From NCBI GenBank assembly GCA_963711835.1, contig CAVQFQ010000017.1, positions 288,001 to 352,000 of the forward strand: a DNA stretch of 64,000 bases, in the 5' to 3' direction. Made by a program: the position numbers and the translations under genes. Shown piece by piece: positions 20,980 to 29,936 of the stretch (position 1 is the stretch's first letter; every line of letters begins with the position of its first letter). Source of the DNA: an uncultured delta proteobacterium. GTDB taxonomy: Bacteria > Desulfobacterota > RBG-13-43-22. A model generated the notes under the pieces. The model was not told where the DNA came from and ran no database searches. It saw nothing but the letters and a program-made list of their open reading frames with translations.

Positions 20980-22488
20980 CTAATCAAACTTGATCATCTT
21001 TAGAAACAGATGGGCGATGGTCCCATAGAAGTAAGCGAAGAGGGGTGCAAAGAGGCCTATGGCCGCCGCCGATAATAATTTCGACCCCTTATATGCCCAA
21101 AGGAAATCGAGAATCGGTTGCTGGTGGCTAAAGACACCCCAGAAGATTCCGGCAACCAGGGCAATGAAGATAAAAAATCGGATCAACTGTTTACCGCCAA
21201 ATAAATATTTTTCCTGTAATTCATCGGAGGAAATCACTGGGACCCGGATCCGTTCGCTCAGATAAACCTTTAAATCTCTAAGCATGCGGGTCTGGGCCGC
21301 TTTGGATTTAGTCAGAAAGAGATCGCCGATCACCACCAGGCTGTAATTGACATTCCGGCTGATGGCTGAAGACAAGTTCTGGAAATTTCCCTGCAAGAGA
21401 CGGCTGCCCCCGGAACGTCCCTGGCGGACCAGTTCCTCCAGGGCCTCCCCCAGACCTCCGTCTTCGACGGGGGGCGTCTCGGGCAGGTCGTCTTCAATCC
21501 CCCCGGTATATTCTTTTTTCTGGATACGCGTCGCAGGGCCGGCCGGCGTTTCTCCGGCAGGCTCCATCCCGATCTCGTCCGAGGGGATAAACCGGAGTAG
21601 TTCAATGGCCGCCCCCCAGCGCTGGGCCACCTGATTGATCTGGGCAAAATTTTGGGAACGTGGATCGAAGCGCTCCTGGATCCAGAGCACATTGCTGTCG
21701 GCCATGGTGGCCAGGACTTCTTTGACCCCCTCGAGATCGGCTAGGACTTCGGTGATGAATTGAGAACCCTGGGATTGCCGGGGCATATAGGTTACCGTGA
21801 CCACCCCGTCATTGGCCGAAATGGTAAAGTCGGCTTCGGCGGTCCGATCGTCCAGGGCCAGTTTCAGCCGGGCCCGGGCCGCCAGGCAGTAGTTGTCCAT
21901 GGCCTTTAAAGAGGCCGGGGTCGGGCGGAAATCAGGTAATTCGGCCATGGTACAGAGGGCGGAACCGGCGTTGGCCAGGCCCATGTTCTCCAGGTTGAGT
22001 ATCAGGTCGTACTGCTTGGGATCGTGGATGTCCTGGCCGTGAATCAGGTGAACCCACTTCTCAATATCTTCATTTACCTGCAGGATATATTTTTCCGCCT
22101 TGGGATGATCCAGCCGCAACTGCTGCATCTTGGTGTGGATCTCGTATTCCTGGTTGGGGACCAGATGCACCCGGAAGAGATGGGAGATATTGGGGAGCAG
22201 GAGATGCCCTCCCCGGCCATGGTAGACCAGGTTTCCCGCCCCGGCCCGTTCACAGAGGCCGGAGGTGATAAAGGCCAGAAAGCGTTCCTTCAACCGGGCC
22301 TGCCGCTCGGTCTGGGCCGGACTTTTAATGACGGACATTTCCAGTTTCCCCACCGGTATGCCCGCCGCCGTAGCCTGATCGACCAGTTCTTCGCGGCTTA
22401 AACAGGCGAAGCCCAATTTTCGGGCCAGGTCCTCGGAAACCTCCTTTCTCAGGGCCGTCGAGGTACTCGAAATAATTATGAGGGCCAT
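20980..22488 (-). CDS. Cytidylate-kinase-like/BON-like multidomain protein with two C-terminal TM helices
   Basis: Paralog of 11694..12530 (YHGRGGH, YDLILNL) with a degenerate P-loop region; hydrophobic C-terminus. Confidence 0.75.
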   Translation of the reverse strand: MALIIISSTSTALRKEVSEDLARKLGFACLSREELVDQATAAGIPVGKLEMSVIKSPAQTERQARLKERFLAFITSGLCERAGAGNLVYHGRGGHLLLPNISHLFRVHLVPNQEYEIHTKMQQLRLDHPKAEKYILQVNEDIEKWVHLIHGQDIHDPKQYDLILNLENMGLANAGSALCTMAELPDFRPTPASLKAMDNYCLAARARLKLALDDRTAEADFTISANDGVVTVTYMPRQSQGSQFITEVLADLEGVKEVLATMADSNVLWIQERFDPRSQNFAQINQVAQRWGAAIELLRFIPSDEIGMEPAGETPAGPATRIQKKEYTGGIEDDLPETPPVEDGGLGEALEELVRQGRSGGSRLLQGNFQNLSSAISRNVNYSLVVIGDLFLTKSKAAQTRMLRDLKVYLSERIRVPVISSDELQEKYLFGGKQLIRFFIFIALVAGIFWGVFSHQQPILDFLWAYKGSKLLSAAAIGLFAPLFAYFYGTIAHLFLKMIKFD

Positions 22489-22997
22489 ACTCGCGATCCT
22501 TTCTTGCCTGGTGAGGGTTTGATTTTTTGGGTCTGGGGATGGCCCCTTTTGGCTTTGTTACAATCCGTTGGCGCCATTTTTTCCTCCTTTGGTTTGACGA
22601 TGATGAGCTGGCTCTCGAGGCCATTTCGTAATAGGCCGATCTGCTCCATCAACTTGGGATAGACCGGGTCTTGTTCCCTGGGGAGGGCGATGATAATTTC
22701 AGTCATATTATGATCCCTGGAAAACTGCCTGGTCACCTCAACCAGGTCTTCGGTGGAATAAAAAATTTCCAGATTGATTTTTTCGGCCCGGGCTTTTTGA
22801 ATGAGATCTTCAAATTTTATGCGTTGGAGATCATCCTTTTCCAAGGAAGGAGAAGAAAGCTCCTCCCCTTGAGAGGAAGGCGAAAATATTAAAAAGAATA
22901 TCTTGGCCGGATTCCGCTTGGCAAACTCGATCGCAAAATAGGTCGCTGTGAGGGAGAGCCCTGAAAAATTTTCTATGGGTACTAAAAGTTTATTCAT
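22476..22997 (-). CDS. Universal-stress-protein-like protein
   Basis: MNKLLVPIE..SLTATYFAIEFAKR..LIIVKP USP-like pattern; start moved to 22997, downstream of the sigma54 site. Confidence 0.6.
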   Translation of the reverse strand: MNKLLVPIENFSGLSLTATYFAIEFAKRNPAKIFFLIFSPSSQGEELSSPSLEKDDLQRIKFEDLIQKARAEKINLEIFYSTEDLVEVTRQFSRDHNMTEIIIALPREQDPVYPKLMEQIGLLRNGLESQLIIVKPKEEKMAPTDCNKAKRGHPQTQKIKPSPGKKGSRVWPS

Positions 22998-23020
22998 TTC
23001 CGGCCTCGCCCCGTTGTAAA

Positions 23021-23035
23021 GCAAGTACGAGGCCA
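23021..23035 (-). promoter_or_regulatory. Sigma54 promoter of the TSUP/dikinase operon
   Basis: Minus strand TGGCCTCGTACTTGC with correct GG-N10-GC spacing. Confidence 0.8.
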
Positions 23036-23097
23036 TTACTGATAATAAAGTATTTTCAATTGATTAAAATAAATAAAGCCGAATCCAGGGAACCAAA

Positions 23098-23222
23098 TGC
23101 TTTAAAATGAAACAGTAAATCCTGGCCCTGAAGAGCGGAATCAAAAAAAACAGGGAGAACAACAAAGAAAAGAAGGAGTTGGGAGGGAGGAGCCGTGGAA
23201 AAGGCTGTTTCAATATGAAAAG
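23098..23222. promoter_or_regulatory. Candidate NtrC-family activator sites (TGTTTCA-N3-TGAAACA-like)
   Basis: TGCTTTAAAATGAAACA (23098-23114) and TGTTTCAATATGAAAAG (23206-23222); a third copy at 27041-27057. Confidence 0.55.
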
Positions 23223-23287
23223 AGGGCCGGAAGGGGTAGCCCTCGACGAATGGATAGCTTAAAAATCATGCAACATTGGGACAAACT

Positions 23288-24643
23288 CTATTTTTCAATC
23301 AATCCGTATTTGAGCATCTTCCTCCAAAGTGTGGTCCGCGACATCTTTAAGATGCCGGTGGCCTTCATCTTATTATGCTGAGTGGCCTCCAGGATTTTCT
23401 GGATATATTCCTTTTCCTTTTCTTCCCAGGAAACCCAGGGGGAGGCCCCGATGCTTTCCACTTCAAATTGTCTCAAATCTTCCGGAAGGTCGGAAGGTCC
23501 GATTAAATCCCCTTCCGATAGGGCTACGGAACTGGCCACAATATTTTCCAATTCCCGAACGTTGCCCGGAAAAGAATACCTCATCAGGGTTTCCAGGACC
23601 TCCCTGGAAAAGCTGCGGACTTTTTTCTTATAGGCTTGATTATACTTCTCAAGAAAAAAATTCAGTAAAACCGGTATATCCTCCTTTCGTTCCCTCAGCG
23701 CCGGGACCTTTATCTGGACCACTTTCAGCCGATAAAAGAGATCTTCCCGGAAGCGGCCTTCCTTGACTTCCTTTTCCAACTCCCGGTTGGTAGCGCTGAC
23801 GATGCGGATATCCAGATCAATGGGCTTAATCCCTCCTAAGCGAAAAATTTTCCTTTCCTGGATCACCCGCAGGAGTTTTACCTGCATGGACGAAGGCATC
23901 TCCTCAATTTCATCTAAGAGGAGCGTCCCACCCTGGGCGGCCTCCATAAGGCCGATCTTGGTCGAATCGGCCCCGGTGAAGGCCCCTTTCTCGTGGCCGA
24001 AAAGTTCATTGGCAATTAAATCTTCCGAAAATCCCCCGCAGTTAAGGTCTATAAAAGGATGGGTCATTCGCTGGCTGTTTTGATGAATAGAACGGGCGAC
24101 CAGTTCCTTTCCGGTTCCACTCTCCCCTTGAATCAGGACATTGCAGTCAATCCGGGATACTTTGGTGATGGCCTGCAGCAACTCCTTGATTTGGGCACTG
24201 ATGCCTATAAAGCCCTCAAAGGGGACCTTTTGGCCGAGCTCTTTCCGAAGCTGTTGGTTTTCATGGGAAAGCGTGAGATGATCAACGGCCCTGCCGACGA
24301 TGGCCAGGACCTGGTTAGGGGAGAAGGGCTTGGCTAAATAATAAAAGGCCCCTTTTTTAACAGCTTCCACCGCCTGATCCAGGGTGGCATAGCCGGTAAT
24401 GAGGATGACCTCGGTTCCGGGATACTCCTTTTTAATTCGTTTCAGAATTTCCAGTCCATCCATATCCGGCAGTCGAATATCGGAGAGGATCAACTGAAAA
24501 TTTTTTTCGGCCATTCTTTGAAGGGCCGTCCGGCCTTCCCCGAAGGTCTCCACCTCATAAGAGCCCTTCTTAAAAATCTGCTTCAGCCTTTGGCAGACGA
24601 TGGGCTCGTCGTCAATAACGGCCAAGCGTATTTTTCGGTCCAT
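23288..24643 (-). CDS. Sigma54-dependent response regulator (NtrC family)
   Basis: REC domain, GESGTGKE, NELFGHEKGAFTGA, HTH. Confidence 0.96.
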   Translation of the reverse strand: MDRKIRLAVIDDEPIVCQRLKQIFKKGSYEVETFGEGRTALQRMAEKNFQLILSDIRLPDMDGLEILKRIKKEYPGTEVILITGYATLDQAVEAVKKGAFYYLAKPFSPNQVLAIVGRAVDHLTLSHENQQLRKELGQKVPFEGFIGISAQIKELLQAITKVSRIDCNVLIQGESGTGKELVARSIHQNSQRMTHPFIDLNCGGFSEDLIANELFGHEKGAFTGADSTKIGLMEAAQGGTLLLDEIEEMPSSMQVKLLRVIQERKIFRLGGIKPIDLDIRIVSATNRELEKEVKEGRFREDLFYRLKVVQIKVPALRERKEDIPVLLNFFLEKYNQAYKKKVRSFSREVLETLMRYSFPGNVRELENIVASSVALSEGDLIGPSDLPEDLRQFEVESIGASPWVSWEEKEKEYIQKILEATQHNKMKATGILKMSRTTLWRKMLKYGLIEK

Positions 24644-24807
24644 GGGATTGTCCTTGTTTTCCTTAAGTCCCTTATATATAATCTTAAGAAAAAGTTTACA
24701 ACTCCAAATTCCTTAATGTCCTTACAAAGTTGGAGGCCATAGTCTCCAGGCTTTTACACGGAATTGGGTCCGGGCTTCAATCCATTCGCCCCAATCGAGC
24801 AGCCGTT

Positions 24808-26370
24808 ATGTCTCCTGAAAATCCGATCGATCCGGAAACCCTCCTAACGACCTCGATCCATTCCGGGGCTTCTTCCGACAGGAATACCGAAGGAGAAGGC
24901 CGGGTATTGGCGGGAAAGCCTCGCTTAAGCATTCGCATCCGGATCACCCTGGGATTCTTCATCTGTTTTCTTATGGCCCTGGGCATCACCTTGGCCTCCC
25001 TATTTGTCATTTTCCGAATGGAAGAAAAACTTTATTTTTTGGAGGTAGCGGATAATTTTTCTTTTGAAATCCAACAGGCCCGAAGGTTTGAGAAGAATTA
25101 TTTCCTGTACGGGACGAACCTGCCGGAGGCCTTAAGCCATATGGATACGGCCTTAACCTTATTGGGAACCAATAAGGTTAAAATCGCCGGGGTCATAGGA
25201 AAGGATAATTACTCTACCCTGATCAGCCATGCGGAAACCTACCGGACGCTTTTGGAAAACTTGCACATTGTAGTCCAAAAAAAAACAACCGAGGCTTCCG
25301 TCCAGCAAAGCAGACTGGAGTCGGACCTTCGCATCCATGGTGCAGAGATGATTTCCCTGGCCTTCAATTTAGTCCAGAAAGAACGCCAATCGGTTGAAGA
25401 AATGCTCGCCTGGGCGCGTCGGGTGCCCATCTATTTTTTAGTTTTTCTCTTTTTATTAATGGGCTATTTGGCCCATCTTTTAACCCGGCAAATATTGGGG
25501 CCTTTAAAGCAGGTCCTGGGATTTACCCAACGCATTTCCCAGGGGGACTTTACTCCGATCATCCCGTCCCGGCCCTATAAAGATGAATTTTCAGTACTGA
25601 TCCTGGCCATGGATCGTATGCTCAAAGAACTCAGCCGCCGGCAGGAAATACTGGTCCAGTCCCATAAACTCCGGGCCGTAGGCAACCTGACGGCCGGCGT
25701 GGCCCATGAATTGAACAACCCCATCAATAACATCACCCTGACCGCCCACCTGCTCCTGGAGGATTATAAGGAATTATCGGATGCGGAGCGAACGGAAATG
25801 ATCCAGGACCTGATCAGTCAAGCGGATCGATCCCAAGGGATCATTCGAAACCTGCTCGATTTTGCCCGAGAAGGCGAATCCAAAATAGAACCCCTCGATC
25901 TGGGACAGATCATCCAGGAAACGGTCCGATTGGCCGGCAATCAGATCAAGCTTTGCGGGGCCCACTTGGATGTCAGCATATTGCCCCATCTCCCCCGCAT
26001 CCACGGGGACCACCAGCAATTAGCCCAGGTTTTCCTGAATATTCTTTTAAATGCCCTGGATGTCCTCCCCAAGGGGGGACGGATTCAGATCTCCGTGGCC
26101 CACGAAGAACCCAATTTTTTATCCGTGAAGATCACCGATAATGGACCCGGGATACCCGAACATATCCTGCCGAATATATTTGATCCCTTCTTCACCACCA
26201 AAACCAAGGGGAAGGGAACCGGGCTGGGCCTGTCGGTTTCCCATGGCATTGTCGCGCGCCACGGGGGCCAAATCAAGGCTTCCAGTAAGGTGGGAATTGG
26301 GACGACCTTTACGATTGTTCTGCCCATCACGACCATCCCGGCCCTGGAATTATCCCCCAAATTAGAATAG
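24808..26370 (+). CDS. Membrane HAMP sensor histidine kinase
   Basis: Paralog of 17745..19301 (QARRFEKNYFLY, AHELNNPI, GTGLGL); start uncertain (24730 TTG or 24808 ATG). Confidence 0.93.
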   Translation: MSPENPIDPETLLTTSIHSGASSDRNTEGEGRVLAGKPRLSIRIRITLGFFICFLMALGITLASLFVIFRMEEKLYFLEVADNFSFEIQQARRFEKNYFLYGTNLPEALSHMDTALTLLGTNKVKIAGVIGKDNYSTLISHAETYRTLLENLHIVVQKKTTEASVQQSRLESDLRIHGAEMISLAFNLVQKERQSVEEMLAWARRVPIYFLVFLFLLMGYLAHLLTRQILGPLKQVLGFTQRISQGDFTPIIPSRPYKDEFSVLILAMDRMLKELSRRQEILVQSHKLRAVGNLTAGVAHELNNPINNITLTAHLLLEDYKELSDAERTEMIQDLISQADRSQGIIRNLLDFAREGESKIEPLDLGQIIQETVRLAGNQIKLCGAHLDVSILPHLPRIHGDHQQLAQVFLNILLNALDVLPKGGRIQISVAHEEPNFLSVKITDNGPGIPEHILPNIFDPFFTTKTKGKGTGLGLSVSHGIVARHGGQIKASSKVGIGTTFTIVLPITTIPALELSPKLE

Positions 26371-26391
26371 CCTGGAGGTTAAGCCCAGCCC

Positions 26392-26985
26392 ATGAAGGTT
26401 TTGCCCTCTACCATTCGAGGACAGGTCATCCTGGCCTTTTCGGCCTGCTTTCTTTTTATGGCTTTGATGATCGGGATCAACTATTGGAACGGCCACCGCC
26501 TGAGCGAATCCATGCTTGTTTTGCTCATCCTGTTGGGGAGTGTCGTCTTTTTTATCGGGGAGAAGATCGTCCGTCCTCTGGCCCGGATCACCCGGGAATC
26601 CGAGGCCATTGCCCGGGGTGATTTCCAGGGGCTGATTTCTCCTTTTGGAGGTCCCAATAATGAAATTTACAGCCTCATTGTCGCCCTTAACCGCATGATG
26701 ACTGAATTGGAAAGCCGGAAGGAACAACTGGTCCAATCAGGTAAAATTGCCGCGGTCGGCAGCCTGACCTCGGGGATCGCCCACAAACTCAATAATCCCA
26801 TCAACAATATCGTTTTGACCCTTGAAACCCTGGTCGAAGACAATCAAACCATGCCACCTGAGGAGCGCCTCCAGCTATACCAGGAGGCCTTGGATCAGGC
26901 CGATCGGGCCGCTGATATTGTTAAAAATCTCCTCGAATTTTCAAGGGCCAATCATCCCCGATCGGAAAAACGGCCCGCTAAGTAA
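26392..26985 (+). pseudogene. Truncated histidine kinase (TM-TM-HAMP-HisKA; lacks periplasmic and ATPase domains)
   Basis: H-box AHKLNNPI, ends just after LLEFSR; no HATPase coding sequence follows. Confidence 0.65.
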
Positions 26986-27040
26986 CCCCGGGCAGCCGTT
27001 TATTCTGCGCCCGGCTTTCGGGTAATGGATGCCTTTTAAT

Positions 27041-27135
27041 TGTTTCAAATTAGAACAGAGCATCTCCTCCCTTCAGAGCGCTTATTCGTAAGCTGGTTGA
27101 TTTATTTAGTTTTTATTGTTTGGCATTCATTTTGT
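27041..27135 (+). promoter_or_regulatory. Activator site plus sigma54 promoter
   Basis: TGTTTCAAATTAGAACA (27041-27057) and TGGCATTCATTTTGT (27121-27135). Confidence 0.6.
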
Positions 27136-27262
27136 AATAGTGAGTCATAGACAAAATACCGGATCTTTCGCCCTTAGGCCGTAAGGGGATCAGATCCGAT
27201 TATCAGGGAATAGGCCCTAACCTAATGAACAGCAGCAATCAGCTATGGGCAAAGGAGAAACT

Positions 27263-27655
27263 ATGGGCAGGCCTTTAGAAATATTAATTTTAGATGACGA
27301 ACCTATGGTGGGTCAGCGTCTTAAACCTGCCCTGGTGAAAGAGGGCTATCGGGTAGAGACCTTCACTGCTCCCAAGGAGGCCGTTGCCCGCCTGGAAGAA
27401 AAAAACTTTGATATCGTAGTTACTGACATTCGTATGGAAGAACTGGATGGGATGCAGGTCTTGGCGCGCGTTCTGCAAAAGTCGCCCACCACGAAGGTCA
27501 TCATGATTACCGGCTTTGCCACCTTGGAGATGGCCCATGAATCATTAAACCAAGGGGCCTTTGATTTCATCGCCAAACCGTTCCGAATCGGGAAAATCCG
27601 GGATACGATCCTGAAGGCAGTCAAGGCCCTGGAAAGAGAAAGGGACGCATTCTGA
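27263..27655 (+). CDS. Single-domain response regulator
   Basis: ILDDEP, VTDIRM, IAKPF; AGGAGA RBS. Confidence 0.93.
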   Translation: MGRPLEILILDDEPMVGQRLKPALVKEGYRVETFTAPKEAVARLEEKNFDIVVTDIRMEELDGMQVLARVLQKSPTTKVIMITGFATLEMAHESLNQGAFDFIAKPFRIGKIRDTILKAVKALERERDAF

Positions 27656-27691
27656 TGGATCCCGCTTTAACGAGTCACACTTATTTTTTAA

Positions 27692-27904
27692 ATGGAGGTC
27701 TTCAGGAAGGAACCTCTGTTCCCGGGGAAAGGGGAGAGTAATGAGATGAGAATTCACCGCAGCAGCATGGAGAAGATCCTGGATCAACAGGAGAGCGATA
27801 CCATTGTAACCAACCCCAGGCAGCCGGTCAGGACCTTATTCCGAAAAATCCGTTATCTTCTTGCCCTGTGGATCGAAAAAATAAAAAAACCATTCCGTTC
27901 ATAG
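27692..27904 (+). CDS. Hypothetical small protein
   Basis: ORF only; no recognisable motif. Confidence 0.3.
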   Translation: MEVFRKEPLFPGKGESNEMRIHRSSMEKILDQQESDTIVTNPRQPVRTLFRKIRYLLALWIEKIKKPFRS

Positions 27905-28330
27905 ACCCGCACTCAAAGACAGACCCCGCAAGAAGGTTCTCTTAACCTCGGCCCGAGCTGCCCGGCAACCTTTCTGATTTTTTCTCTGGCCTTAAGTCCG
28001 GTGACAATCCCTACCCAAGTAAGATCGCTTTTCTTTATCGGATGTTTGTAGAAAAAAACATCGATTTGAAAAGGGGATCGCTAACCATTGCGGCATTTTA
28101 CTTCTTGTCCATTTAATATTTGTTGGCTGAAGCATTTTGAATCAAGGGTGTGCAGAGTCCAGCGGTAAGGAATTATAGATTATACTTAATATTTTCAGTT
28201 TGTTATCTTTTTAGTGGGTATCTGCCTAAGTATTCCACCCTATTATTACCCTTGCCCTTAAGACCTACCGGTTTTTCTTCAGGCCACTATTTTCAATTGA
28301 TTTCAAGTAGATGAGCTGGAAAGATTTTTT

Positions 28331-28345
28331 TGGCCCCCTTTGTGC
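28331..28345 (+). promoter_or_regulatory. Sigma54 promoter
   Basis: TGGCCCCCTTTGTGC, GG-N10-GC, about 40 bp before ATG 28388. Confidence 0.6.
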
Positions 28346-28387
28346 ATTTCCTTTTATTGAACGTATTACAATGATAGGAGGGGCATC

Positions 28388-29299
28388 ATGTCTGAAAAAA
28401 ATCAAACCAAGGGTAGTCGGATGGTGGTCTTTGATCTAACCAGCAACCAGTGCGTCTGGTCCAAGGCGGGTGTATCCCAACCACGGGTTTGCCACAATGC
28501 CTTTGATTGCACGACCTGTGCCTTTGACAAGAAGGTTCAGCGGGAGTTCAAAGACTTAAAAGGCGAAAGGGCCAGCCGGAGGCTTGACAAAAAAAGATAC
28601 GGCACCGCTCCTTTCGAAGACCGAAAATGTCGTTATATGTTGTCCGGTCAGGTTTCTTTGAAATACTGTGTTCGAGGCTTCAACTGCGCCAATTGCGAAT
28701 ATGACCAGATGATGGAAGAAACCGGACTGGCCATGGCCTGCCAGGATCCTTCCTGTGAATTCGTGGCCGGATTTGCCGTTCCTGAGGATTATTATTTCCA
28801 TAAAGGTCACACCTGGGGCAGGGTGGAATACGGTGGCTGGGTACGCATCGGACTGGATGATTTTGCCGTTCGCCTTCTAGGGCCCTTGAATGCCCTGAGG
28901 CTGCCCAAGCTGGGTATGGCCGTCCGAGAGGGGGAGGCCGGATTTGATCTGAGCCGGGAAGAGCATCAAGCGGCCCTGCAAAGTCCGGTGGACGGTGTGG
29001 TGGTAGCGGTTAATCCCGAGGTCAATACCTCGGCCCAGGCCACTCACAGCCATCCCTATGGACCGGGCTGGCTGTTTATGGTCAAACCAACCCGGCTGCT
29101 TCCCAACCTGGGACATCTTTTCTCAGGAGAGTCGGCCCATAACTGGATGGAGGAGGAGGCCCACAGGCTTTATTCCCTGGTGGAAGGGACCACGGGGCGG
29201 AAATTAGCTTCGACGGGTGGCCGGGCCATTGACGACATTTATGGGAAGGTCCCGGGTCTGGATTGGGAGCGTCTGGTGCGGGATTTTTTAAATCCTTAA
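28388..29299 (+). CDS. Cys-rich GcvH-like protein lacking the lipoyl lysine
   Basis: Two C-x12-C-x5-CxxC repeats, then the H-protein fold (HTW.RVE..VRIGLDDFA..SPVDG.VVAVNP..PYG.GW); the ESVK hairpin is replaced by SREEH. Confidence 0.8.
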   Translation: MSEKNQTKGSRMVVFDLTSNQCVWSKAGVSQPRVCHNAFDCTTCAFDKKVQREFKDLKGERASRRLDKKRYGTAPFEDRKCRYMLSGQVSLKYCVRGFNCANCEYDQMMEETGLAMACQDPSCEFVAGFAVPEDYYFHKGHTWGRVEYGGWVRIGLDDFAVRLLGPLNALRLPKLGMAVREGEAGFDLSREEHQAALQSPVDGVVVAVNPEVNTSAQATHSHPYGPGWLFMVKPTRLLPNLGHLFSGESAHNWMEEEAHRLYSLVEGTTGRKLASTGGRAIDDIYGKVPGLDWERLVRDFLNP

Positions 29300-29901
29300 G
29301 CGATACATCCTGTTATCCCTCCCTGCAAAACCTTTTTCTGGTAGGCCACCTTTGCCTGACAGGAGGGACAAAAATGCAGGTTTAGGTCATCGACATTGGA
29401 GATCCCCGGGGAAAAACGCATCAGGCAACCCGGTTCGCGGCAATGGGAAAGGCCAAGGCTATGAGCGGTTTCGTGCAGGCATATTTTAGCCAACCTTTCC
29501 AGGAAAAGCTCCTGGGCGGCGCGGCTCCCATCCGGATTCAGGGAGAGGCGGGCCAAGGAAACCAGGGCAACCCGCTCTCCGAGGACAGCTTCTCCGAAAA
29601 CATAGGATAAAATTGGCAGGCAGATATCCAGGGCGGTTATCCCCACCCGGACCTGGTTGGCCGGCAGTCTCTGGGAAAGGCCGGTCAGAATCTTGCCGGC
29701 GTCAAATTGATTTCGGTTCGGCATATAGGCGTAGTCCGGGTTCGGCCAGGGAGCGGCCACCCGGGCCGGCCATTCCCAAACAGCCAAGAGATTGGCGGCC
29801 GCCACACTGCAAGCCAGTTCACTTACCTTCCCAAGAGAAACCACCTCAATGAGGGGATGCCGGGAGACTTCGTTATCTGATGCAGGCTGGACTTTCTTCA
29901 T
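29296..29901 (-). CDS. Archaemetzincin (peptidase M54) family Zn protease
   Basis: YVFGEA, HETAHSLGLSHC....CLM.F, FCPSC. Confidence 0.9.
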   Translation of the reverse strand: MKKVQPASDNEVSRHPLIEVVSLGKVSELACSVAAANLLAVWEWPARVAAPWPNPDYAYMPNRNQFDAGKILTGLSQRLPANQVRVGITALDICLPILSYVFGEAVLGERVALVSLARLSLNPDGSRAAQELFLERLAKICLHETAHSLGLSHCREPGCLMRFSPGISNVDDLNLHFCPSCQAKVAYQKKVLQGGITGCIA

Positions 29902-29936
29902 CCCTGAGGAGTTAGGAAGGAGGTGTGATCCCTGGA

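Noticed and set aside
27140-28020. Possible c-di-GMP or other riboswitch in the long intergenic hairpins
   Set aside because: The conserved GEMM elements could not be matched by eye; an Infernal/Rfam search would be needed.
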